Part shown: positions 10,356 through 18,059 of the stretch, in pieces
Layout: the number at the start of each line of letters is the position of its first letter
Position numbering within the stretch: the stretch's first letter is position 1
Assembly: GCA_027371715.1 (NCBI GenBank)
Contig: DAHXMM010000031.1
Coordinates: forward strand, 12,477-76,476
Length of the DNA: 64,000 bases
Origin: Elusimicrobiota bacterium
Lineage (GTDB): Bacteria > Elusimicrobiota > Elusimicrobia > UBA1565 > UBA9628
Reading direction: 5' to 3'
The notes under the pieces: generated by a model
Database searches by the model: none
The model's input: only the letters and a program-made list of their open reading frames with translations
What the model was told of the DNA's origin: nothing
Program-made: the position numbers and the translations under genes

Positions 10356-10372
10356 CTCTATGTGTGATAGAG
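10356..10372. promoter_or_regulatory. Candidate TA operator palindrome CTCTAT-gtgtg-ATAGAG
   Basis: The inverted repeat has perfect 6-bp arms and lies just upstream of the antitoxin SD. Confidence 0.4.
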
Positions 10373-10415
10373 TAACAGAAGCGGCGCGGCAAATCAAGGG
10401 GTCTCAATCATGGAT

Positions 10416-10468
10416 AAATAATACCATGAAAATTAGAAATAATAGTCCGAGATTTCATGGTATTATTT
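10416..10468. other. Perfect 16-bp inverted repeat AAATAATACCATGAAA / TTTCATGGTATTATTT with a 21-nt loop
   Basis: I read it directly. It lies between the hemerythrin gene stop (10481) and the TA promoter region. It could be a terminator or an operator. Confidence 0.5.
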
Positions 10469-10480
10469 ATTTCCAAGTCC

Positions 10481-10999
10481 TCAGTTGGGGACTGTCCCCA
10501 TTTCCCACTCATATCCGGCCCGCCGCATGGCGCGTTTGGCGGCCTCAAGGGCTTGAGGGCGTTTAGAGTAAGGACGCAGCGGCAGTTCGGGCGCGGCGGC
10601 GATTTTACCCATCAAGTTTCCGACGGTTTCCTTGGGGAGGGCGTCGCAAGCGGAGTAAAACCCGCCGGGCTCTTCTTCCCTAAGATTATGCGATAGGAGA
10701 ATGGCGCATAAGGCCGCGGCGATTTCTCGGGTAGGCTCTGGGACCAAAAGATTGGTCAGCGCCCCGTGATCCAGACGGAGTTGCGCGGCTAAGGATTTGA
10801 GATGAGCGGCCGGGCTTTTGATGGCGGGCAAAAGAACGGTCTCTTCAATTCCGATATGCCTTAAAAGCCCTTGGCGGAAATCCCAAAAGGGTTTTGCGCG
10901 AACGCCTTCTCGGATACCCAGCGCTTCTTTCATGAGCCCGTCCAGCCTTGAGTGGTCTTGAGCCATGCTCAAGGCGATGGGCCCCGGCTTTTCACTCAT
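10481..10999 (-). CDS. Hemerythrin (HHE cation-binding) domain protein
   Basis: The H/E motifs are QDHSRLDG, LLRHIGIEETVLLPA, LDHGAL and LSHNLREEE. The last residues, EMGTVPN, are encoded by the palindromic repeat. Confidence 0.75.
   Translation of the reverse strand: MSEKPGPIALSMAQDHSRLDGLMKEALGIREGVRAKPFWDFRQGLLRHIGIEETVLLPAIKSPAAHLKSLAAQLRLDHGALTNLLVPEPTREIAAALCAILLSHNLREEEPGGFYSACDALPKETVGNLMGKIAAAPELPLRPYSKRPQALEAAKRAMRRAGYEWEMGTVPN
10484..10506. repeat. GGGGACTGTCCCC palindromic repeat copy (perfect core 10487-10499)
   Basis: The sequence is GTTGGGGACTGTCCCCATTTCCC. Confidence 0.65.
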
Positions 11000-11492
11000 G
11001 GAGATCGAGAGCCTCTTTTGGATGATGGGATTGGCAGCAGCAGGCGTATCTTTCCTCGGGAATGGCTTGCATGCTTTCTTCTATTTTCGCGATTCCTTCT
11101 TTTCCCATCGCCGCGTCGATGGCGGGGTAAAGAACGCGCTCTTCTTTCATGTTGTGGGACTCAAGCAAGGACAATAGGGCCTCTTCCGCCTCGTCGCTTT
11201 CGGGGTTTTTCGCCCGAACTTTTTCGTGAATTAAGTCAAGATATTTTTTGATTTCGCGGTGTTCCCCGCGCATGACCATGGTGGGCCCCGGAAGCACTTC
11301 CGGCGCGCTTTTCTCAAAGGCCGGGAAAAGAATCTCTTCTTCCCAAACGATGTGCCGGGTGAGCCCCTTGAGAAACTCCTTGAACTTTTGTTTCGCCAGG
11401 TCCGGATCCCGGCGCTTTAATTTCCTAAAATCGGAGAAGAACCCGTCGATTCGGTCGTGATCCTCCGCGAAGTAATTCGAGACGCTTTTCAT
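10992..11492 (-). CDS. Hemerythrin (HHE cation-binding) domain protein
   Basis: The motifs are AEDHDRIDG, LTRHIVWEEEILFP, MRGEHREI and LESHNMKEERVLYP. I moved the start to the MKSV ATG at 11492, which has AAGGAG 8 nt upstream. Confidence 0.78.
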   Translation of the reverse strand: MKSVSNYFAEDHDRIDGFFSDFRKLKRRDPDLAKQKFKEFLKGLTRHIVWEEEILFPAFEKSAPEVLPGPTMVMRGEHREIKKYLDLIHEKVRAKNPESDEAEEALLSLLESHNMKEERVLYPAIDAAMGKEGIAKIEESMQAIPEERYACCCQSHHPKEALDLHE

Positions 11493-11523
11493 TTTATTTT
11501 CTCCTTTCGTCATTTTTGCGGCT

Positions 11524-11537
11524 TCCTATTAATAGGA
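11524..11537. promoter_or_regulatory. Perfect 14-bp palindrome TCCTATTAATAGGA in the hemerythrin promoter region
   Basis: It lies between the crp/fnr-family gene stop and the hemerythrin operon start, and it contains TATTAAT. Confidence 0.45.
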
Positions 11538-11581
11538 TAGCGCATGAGAAGAAACGAAATAATGCGCCAGATCAGGTTTTT

Positions 11582-12247
11582 TTAATTTTCTTTAGAGAGG
11601 CTTGAGGCGTACTTTTCCAGCTTTTCTGGGTTAAGCACGGTGATTTTCTTCCATCCTGAAATAATGAGTTTCTTTTTTCTAAAGTCTGAGAGAACGCGAA
11701 TGGCGGTTTCTTCGGTTGTGCCGGACATTTCTGAAATGTCTTCTCTTGTGATAGCCAAATCCTTGCCTACGCTTTTAGAAAGAAGCCCAAGAATAAAGGC
11801 AATTCTCTGCGGAGCGGGTTCTCTTGCAATGGCGCGCAAGGCTTGCGATTGTCGCAAATGTTCGCCGATTTCAGAATAAACCGCTTGCGAGAAGTCAGGG
11901 TGAGTTTTGAGGAGATTTTCAAATACCTTGGCTGGAATTTCATAGAGCTCGGAGTCGCAAATACAGAGGGCGGTCACGGGGTAGGGTTTCTGATCCAAGA
12001 GGGCGATCATGCCGAAAAGGCCTTTCGGCGAGATAATTTCCATAATCACGGGTTCTTCCCGGCGGGAATATTTGACGGCCTTAATCAAACCGGATTTTAA
12101 AAGATAAACCGAATGAGGAGGGTCGCCGTCCATAAAGACCGCTTGTCCTTTGCCAAAACGGCGCAAAAAGACTTTTTGGGATAACTCTTTGAGCGCTTTT
12201 TCCGGCAAACGCTTAAAGAGAGAAAGGGAAGTGAGAAAAAAATCCAT
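11582..12247 (-). CDS. Crp/Fnr-family transcriptional regulator
   Basis: A cNMP-binding-like N-terminal domain is followed by the C-terminal HTH ITREDISEMSGTTEETAIRVLSDFRKKKLI. There is no FNR-type N-terminal Cys cluster. Confidence 0.8.
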   Translation of the reverse strand: MDFFLTSLSLFKRLPEKALKELSQKVFLRRFGKGQAVFMDGDPPHSVYLLKSGLIKAVKYSRREEPVIMEIISPKGLFGMIALLDQKPYPVTALCICDSELYEIPAKVFENLLKTHPDFSQAVYSEIGEHLRQSQALRAIAREPAPQRIAFILGLLSKSVGKDLAITREDISEMSGTTEETAIRVLSDFRKKKLIISGWKKITVLNPEKLEKYASSLSKEN

Positions 12248-13293
12248 TACCGAAGAAAGGGAAAATTCTTGGGCGGAATACCTTTAAGACCTTGACTTTC
12301 TAAAAAGTCGGAGACAATTTTGTTTTCCGCTTGTCGCCAGGCTATTTTAGGGGCAGACTCTCCCAATTCAATTGAGCCTCCGGCGATCATTGAATGGCCG
12401 CCGCCCCGGTTTCCGCCGCCTAAAAGTCTTCTGAGAAGCTTTCCCGCCCTGGCCGCGGGGTTTGAGCTTCTGAGTGAAATAAATAGTTTTCCCTTATACC
12501 TTCCCGTGACGATAGACCAGTCCATTTTTTCATGGGTGAGGAGAAAATCCGCAATTTGAGCGGCGCGGTCGGGGACATTGAGTTCTCCCAAATGAGTGCC
12601 GATGACGTTTCGGCAAATAAAGGCATTTTGAAGAGCCGAAAGAAGCGAGGTAAAAAAATCAGGAGAATGCTTGGGATAGGCGATTTTCCATAGAGTTTGC
12701 ATATGGGCTTTCGGCCAAAATTCCTGATAGGCCTTAATGTCTCTAGGGCTTGCTTCTCGTCCGAGATTTTGGGTTTCAGAACCGATTCCATAGACAATTG
12801 CGGTGGCGAGTTTTTTGGGGACGGCCACTTTGGCGAGGCTTAGGGCTTCGGCTAAAATAGTGGTCGTCGCTCCGGAGGATTCGTCAATTAAGACGCAATC
12901 GGCTTGGGTGTCTGGATGTCGCGGGTGATGGTCAATAATTAAAGCGGGTTTTCTTCGGGGGGGGCAGCGGTTGTTTTTAAAGGGCGGCTGGGTGTCGATG
13001 AGAGCAAGATGAGAACTCGCCTTAATTTCTCCGGGTTTAAGCGGGGAAGCGGGAATCTGAAGACGTTCGGCCATGATGCGGTTTTCGGCCCGGCCAATCA
13101 TCCCGCCGTAGACGATTTTGGCGTGAATATGGGCCACTTCATACGCGAGATGAGACAAGGCCCAGGCGGAGGCAAGGGCGTCGGGATCTGGATGATCATG
13201 GGTTAAAATCGTTAAGGGTTTAAGCCGTGAAGAATTTTCTTTTAGAAATTCAATGAGCTTTCGCGCGTGATAAAAGGAATTTTTTTTAGGCAT
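12247..13293 (-). CDS. DHH/DHHA1 phosphoesterase (NrnA-like; candidate pApA/c-di-AMP phosphodiesterase)
   Basis: The motifs are HDHPDPDALAS, LIDT, IIDHHP and GGGHSMIAGG. Confidence 0.8.
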   Translation of the reverse strand: MPKKNSFYHARKLIEFLKENSSRLKPLTILTHDHPDPDALASAWALSHLAYEVAHIHAKIVYGGMIGRAENRIMAERLQIPASPLKPGEIKASSHLALIDTQPPFKNNRCPPRRKPALIIDHHPRHPDTQADCVLIDESSGATTTILAEALSLAKVAVPKKLATAIVYGIGSETQNLGREASPRDIKAYQEFWPKAHMQTLWKIAYPKHSPDFFTSLLSALQNAFICRNVIGTHLGELNVPDRAAQIADFLLTHEKMDWSIVTGRYKGKLFISLRSSNPAARAGKLLRRLLGGGNRGGGHSMIAGGSIELGESAPKIAWRQAENKIVSDFLESQGLKGIPPKNFPFLR

Positions 13294-13301
13294 TCAATGA
13301 G

Positions 13302-14171
13302 TTAGCGGCTGACAAAGACAAAGGACAACCAAAGAAAGGTTGAGACTGCAATGGCGATGAGTTTTTCCTTGAGATTATATTTCCAAAACCCTTGGGTTTC
13401 CGCCAATTTTGTTTTAAGAAGAGATTTTTCGGCGGCGAAGAGTTCCAGCCGTTGCTGAAGATTTCCGAGATCAGTGACGGGAATAATTTCTCCGGCCAGG
13501 GCGAGAGAAATGGTTCCTTTCTCCTCGCTGACGATGATGGAGAGGGCGTCGGTGAGTTCCGAGAGCCCGATGGCCGCTAAATGCCGAGTTCCTAAGTTTC
13601 CGTCCAAGGATCTTTTGGAGAGGGGCAGGCGGCATCCAAAACGGCTGACTCGTCCGTTTTCGATAATGACGGCCCCGTCGTGACCCAGGGAATGGGCGTC
13701 AAAAATGCTCTCTAAAAGGGCTTCCGATATTTCGCCGTCTAAATCCCAACCGCCGTGAACGTGTCGTCCGAGAGGATCTCTGCCTTCTAAAACAATCAGG
13801 GCTCCAATTTTATCTTTCGCGCAGTCAGACACTGCGCGGGCTATTTTTTCTAAATATTGCGGCGATTGGGGTTGTGGGACGGGGGAGCGAAAACTCCAGA
13901 CCGCAATGCGCTCAAAAACTTGCCTGATTTCTTCCTGGAATATGACGATAATCGCGATGATAAAGACGGTAAAGAAACCGCGGAAAATCCAGACCGTCAT
14001 AATCATGTTGAGAAGACGGGCCGCGATATAAACGAAGATGAAAAGAAAAAAGCCCAAGGCCACAAAAGCCGTTTGGGTGCGCTTAAACCAAATTAAAAGA
14101 CCATAGATGAGACACGCGACGAAGGCGATATCTAGGAGGGCCGAAATAAACGGGAAAGGGGATAGAATCAT
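13302..14171 (-). CDS. cdaA: Diadenylate cyclase CdaA/DacA with an extra C-terminal TM helix
   Basis: Three N-terminal TM helices precede DAC motifs HDGAVII and GTRHLAAIG. I set the start at the ATG 14171-14169, which overlaps the nuoI stop (TAATG). The ORF-track start at 14222 lies inside nuoI. Confidence 0.82.
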   Translation of the reverse strand: MILSPFPFISALLDIAFVACLIYGLLIWFKRTQTAFVALGFFLFIFVYIAARLLNMIMTVWIFRGFFTVFIIAIIVIFQEEIRQVFERIAVWSFRSPVPQPQSPQYLEKIARAVSDCAKDKIGALIVLEGRDPLGRHVHGGWDLDGEISEALLESIFDAHSLGHDGAVIIENGRVSRFGCRLPLSKRSLDGNLGTRHLAAIGLSELTDALSIIVSEEKGTISLALAGEIIPVTDLGNLQQRLELFAAEKSLLKTKLAETQGFWKYNLKEKLIAIAVSTFLWLSFVFVSR

Positions 14172-14704
14172 TACGCGGCGGTCGGATTTTTCTTTCCTTC
14201 CAAGAGTTCCGCCATATTCCAAATCATGTCTTTTCGGTCATAGGCCGTGATAGCGACATCCGTTGAGTCCATGTGGATGGCGTCAACCGGGCAGGCCTCG
14301 GCGCAGTAGCCGCAGAAAACGCAAAGCCCCAGATCGATGCTGAACGATTTTGCGCGCTTTTCAACGATCACGTCCGGGCTGTCCTCGGCCACGATGCGGA
14401 TACATTTAGCCGGGCAAATGGTCTCGCATAAGAGGCATGCCGTGCAGCGGGGAGTTCCATCTTCTCTTTTAAGAAGTCGGTGCCGGGTTCTGGCGCGTCT
14501 TCCCAAGACCGCAGGGTCTTCCGGATATTGAATGGTGACCGCTCCCGGTTCGGACTTAAGGCCGAGAGCTTTGAACGTATGGCGGGCTAAATTAACAAAG
14601 AGATGCCGAAAGGTGACCAAAAGCCCCAGCCAAACTTCCCAGAGATAAATTTGTCCTTGAAAATTTTTCGGCGGGCGCGTGACTTCTTTTATCTTAATCG
14701 CCAT
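14171..14704 (-). CDS. nuoI: NADH-quinone oxidoreductase subunit I (2x[4Fe-4S])
   Basis: The cluster motifs are CTACLLCETICP and CVFCGYCAEACP. Confidence 0.88.
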   Translation of the reverse strand: MAIKIKEVTRPPKNFQGQIYLWEVWLGLLVTFRHLFVNLARHTFKALGLKSEPGAVTIQYPEDPAVLGRRARTRHRLLKREDGTPRCTACLLCETICPAKCIRIVAEDSPDVIVEKRAKSFSIDLGLCVFCGYCAEACPVDAIHMDSTDVAITAYDRKDMIWNMAELLEGKKNPTAA

Positions 14705-15735
14705 AGGTAAACCCCCCAGACCGTCAAAAGAAAATTAAGCAAAGACAAGGGAAGAATATTTTTCCATCCCAGATCCAAGAGCTGGTCAAAGCGAAAGCGC
14801 GGAAGAGTCCAGCGTATTTGCATGAGTAAGAAAAGAACGAACATGACTTTGATAAGGAAAGTCGCTACCATGACCACTCCGCCCAAAACTCCGGCAAGGT
14901 GTAGCCCCGGCGATTGCCAACCGCCCAGGTAAAGCGCGGTTGCGAGTCCCGAAACGACGATGGATTCGACAAAGTCAGTCATCAAAAACATTCCAAATTT
15001 CATCCCGGAATATTCGACGTGATAACCGACAATTTCGCTTTCGCCTTCCGGAAGATCAAAGGGCGTTCGCTTGGTTTCAGCGGCGGCGGCCGTCAAAAAG
15101 AGAATAAATCCCAAGGGCTGGAGAAAAATACCCCAAGCCGGTAAAAATCCAAAGAGATGCCGTCCCTGCCAAATAACCGCTTGCTGTAAATCAAGGGTTC
15201 CGTAAACGAAGGCGACGCTGGCCAAGGTGGTTGCGAGACAAACCTCATAGGCGATCATTTGAGACGCGCCTCGAAGGCCTCCGATGAGCCCGTAATTAGA
15301 GGCGGAAGAATATCCCGCCATCACCACTCCGTGGACTCCCAAGGATAAAAGTCCAAGGACTAGGAGAAGTCCGTAAGGGCTTTGAATAGGCTGAAGGCTG
15401 ACCGAGTGCCCAAAGGCCGTGATGTGACCGCCAAAGGGGAGGGCGGCCAGACCCAAAAGGCCAAACCCCAGAGAGATTCCCGGGGCCATGGCGTAAAAAG
15501 GCTGATGGGCGAAAGGCGGAATATAGTCTTCCTTAGTCAACATTTTAAGCGCGTCGGCGATGGGATGAAAAAAGCCGAGTACGCGAAGGCCAAAAATATC
15601 GGCTCTGTTGGCCCCGATGCGGTCTTGTAAAACCGCGCTTTGTTTTCTCTCAAGCCAGCCTAAAAAGCCGGCGATGTTAAGACCTGTGACGACGGCGAAA
15701 ATCACTTTGACGGCGGTCCAGGCTACTTCAGTCAT
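14689..15735 (-). CDS. nuoH: NADH-quinone oxidoreductase subunit H
   Basis: The protein is polytopic with a typical NuoH/ND1 pattern (PFDLPEGESEIVGYHVEYSGMKFG). Confidence 0.88.
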   Translation of the reverse strand: MTEVAWTAVKVIFAVVTGLNIAGFLGWLERKQSAVLQDRIGANRADIFGLRVLGFFHPIADALKMLTKEDYIPPFAHQPFYAMAPGISLGFGLLGLAALPFGGHITAFGHSVSLQPIQSPYGLLLVLGLLSLGVHGVVMAGYSSASNYGLIGGLRGASQMIAYEVCLATTLASVAFVYGTLDLQQAVIWQGRHLFGFLPAWGIFLQPLGFILFLTAAAAETKRTPFDLPEGESEIVGYHVEYSGMKFGMFLMTDFVESIVVSGLATALYLGGWQSPGLHLAGVLGGVVMVATFLIKVMFVLFLLMQIRWTLPRFRFDQLLDLGWKNILPLSLLNFLLTVWGVYLWRLR

Positions 15736-17255
15736 TTGGATGCTCCCATAAGCGCGTGAGACTGAGCTTCTTTAAATTCGCGCTCAAGCTTTTGCAAGAT
15801 ATTCCAGTCAGGCAAGGCTTCTCCCAAGGGAAGAAGAGCTTGCTCATATTTTTGAACCTGGCCTTCAAAATTCGTGAAATGCCCTTCTTCCTCAGCGTAA
15901 GAAGTCGCGGGCAAACGGTAATGCGCCCAATTTCCAATGCCCGTTTTATAGGGGCTTTGAAAGACGATGATTTCGAGCTTGTCCAGGAGATTTTTTGTTT
16001 TCTCCTTCCAAACCTTTGATGGGTCGCGCTCTAAAATATAGAGCCCCCAAATTTTCCCTGATTCAATTTTTTGGGCGAGACTTTCCCAGGACTCGGATTT
16101 AATCTCTTTTCCAAACCCCAAGGCTTCTCCGCCTTTGAGGTTGGGGACTTTTTCTTTCTTGCGCAAAAGATCGTCTTCTTCGCCCATTTGATCGGGTTCC
16201 GGAGAGAAAAGAAAATGGGAAACTTTAAGCGTGTCAACGAAGAATTTCTTGAATTCTTTCCAATCCTCATTCGATAAAAGCCCGGAAGCGACGACGGCCA
16301 GGCCTTCTTTTCCTTTTTCCTCAATTGCGTGGGATAAAGACTGAGAGATTTCCGCAAGAGCGGTGTCCCAGGAAATTTCTGTCGGCGCTGGCTTTAGGCG
16401 CATGACTTTTCCCAAGCGATCTTCGTCTAGTTTTGAGCAACTATAGCGACCTTCGTCGCAAATCCAGTAGCCGTTGATCTTGTCATTATGGCGCGGCTTA
16501 ATTCTCGCCGCGCGGCGACCTTCGTTGTGCCAAGGCCGCTTGGTGTTGGTGTGAAGCGAAATATTGCAACCGCGGCTGCATCCGGGGCAGATGGAATTGG
16601 TTTTATCCAAATACCAGACGCGAACTTTATAACGAAAATCGCGATCGGTGAGCGCCCCGACCGGGCAAATGTCAACGACATTTCCAGAATAAGGATTGTC
16701 CAGCGTTTTTCCAGGGGCAAGATCAATGCTTTCCTTGTGTCCACGACCAAAAATCCCCAGTTCATGAGTTTTGGTCACCTCTGCGGTAAAGCGCGTGCAT
16801 CTTGTGCAGAGAACGCATCTTTCTTGATCGAGCATCACGTGAGGGCCGATGGGGACGCGTTTTCTTTTATGGAGTTTATTCTCACGAACCTGGCTTTCAT
16901 ATTGGCCGTGCTTCATGTAATAGTCTTGGAGCCCGCACTCTCCCGCCTGGTCGCAGACCGGGCAATCCAAGGGATGGTTGACGAGGTGAAGTTCCAAGGC
17001 GGATGAGCGCGCCCTTAAGGCTTGCGGCGTGTTTGAATGAACGACCATCCCCTCTTTAACCGGAAGACGGCAAGAGACCATGGGTTTGGGCGCGCCTTCA
17101 ACTTCAACCACGCAGAGGCGGCAGTTGCCTGGGTTTCCAAGAGTGGGGTGATAGCAGTAATGCGGAATTTCGGTTCCGGCTTCTCTTGCCGCGTCGATGA
17201 CAAGCGTTCCTTCTTTCGCTTCGACTTTTTTGCCGTCCAGAGTAAATTGAGCCAT
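15732..17255 (-). CDS. nuoG: NADH-quinone oxidoreductase subunit G-like (short form, 507 aa)
   Basis: An N-terminal 2Fe-2S region is followed by HPLDCPVCDQAGECGLQD and further Cys clusters. Confidence 0.8.
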   Translation of the reverse strand: MAQFTLDGKKVEAKEGTLVIDAAREAGTEIPHYCYHPTLGNPGNCRLCVVEVEGAPKPMVSCRLPVKEGMVVHSNTPQALRARSSALELHLVNHPLDCPVCDQAGECGLQDYYMKHGQYESQVRENKLHKRKRVPIGPHVMLDQERCVLCTRCTRFTAEVTKTHELGIFGRGHKESIDLAPGKTLDNPYSGNVVDICPVGALTDRDFRYKVRVWYLDKTNSICPGCSRGCNISLHTNTKRPWHNEGRRAARIKPRHNDKINGYWICDEGRYSCSKLDEDRLGKVMRLKPAPTEISWDTALAEISQSLSHAIEEKGKEGLAVVASGLLSNEDWKEFKKFFVDTLKVSHFLFSPEPDQMGEEDDLLRKKEKVPNLKGGEALGFGKEIKSESWESLAQKIESGKIWGLYILERDPSKVWKEKTKNLLDKLEIIVFQSPYKTGIGNWAHYRLPATSYAEEEGHFTNFEGQVQKYEQALLPLGEALPDWNILQKLEREFKEAQSHALMGASK

Positions 17256-17339
17256 GGTCTTTGTCCTTAAATCCTAAAATCTAAACCTAATACAACTTTA
17301 GAATTTTATGAGGATTTAGTCCAGTGTCGAAGTAAGAGC

Positions 17340-17990
17340 CTATTTGAAACCGAGGTTTACTGGAGATCGGGGGTAATAGTCATTTTCGGTTTTAGCCGTA
17401 ACCGGGACGTTTTTTCCCACAATCTTAAATTTGAGATCGCTGGCTTCGACCGTTCCCGCGCCGGATAAAAGAATTCCAAAATTAATCGACGCGGCCTCAG
17501 ACGGGATATCCATGACGACGGTCTTTTTTTGCCAGGAAGAATTTCCGCTCAGGGCTTGTTTTTTAAACAAATTGTCAAAACCCATGACGCGGCCATAGAG
17601 GCCGTCCACCCGCATCCACAAACTTGCTTTTCCCGCCGTATTTTGAACGCGCAAATATCCGGAGAAAAGGACGCGATGCCCGCGGTATTTGTCAGCGAGA
17701 ATGGTTTGCCTAAGGGTGACAAACGGCTTGGAGTCTGTTTGCTTGGATCGCTTTTGAATGTCTATGCGATTCTTATGTTTCCGCCATGATTCATCTCTCA
17801 CAACTGAGGGAAGGGTTTCGGTTGAGCGTAATACGATGCCGCTATGATTCTGATACATTCCCGACGTTTTGATCGAAACGGCGTATCCGGAAGGAAAACT
17901 CCCTGCCTTCATCCAACCGTGAGGAATTCCTTCGTTCGCGAAAGCGCGGCCGCTAATAAGCATCAACGTCAGACTCAGCCAATATTTCAT
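17340..17990 (-). CDS. Secreted hypothetical protein
   Basis: The signal peptide is MKYWLSLTLMLISGRAFA. The ATG at 17990 is preceded by GGAGAAA. The ORF-track TTG at 18005 is unlikely. Confidence 0.55.
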   Translation of the reverse strand: MKYWLSLTLMLISGRAFANEGIPHGWMKAGSFPSGYAVSIKTSGMYQNHSGIVLRSTETLPSVVRDESWRKHKNRIDIQKRSKQTDSKPFVTLRQTILADKYRGHRVLFSGYLRVQNTAGKASLWMRVDGLYGRVMGFDNLFKKQALSGNSSWQKKTVVMDIPSEAASINFGILLSGAGTVEASDLKFKIVGKNVPVTAKTENDYYPRSPVNLGFK

Positions 17991-18059
17991 GATTTGTTTC
18001 TCCAATTATAATATCTTTCTTTCATGCGTCATCCTATCATTTTTTTTGAATGCAAAGGA

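Noticed and set aside
17268-17318. Inverted repeat TAAATCCT / AGGATTTA upstream of nuoG
   Set aside because: The arms are 8 bp with a 35-nt AT-rich loop, which is within chance expectation for an AT-rich intergenic region.
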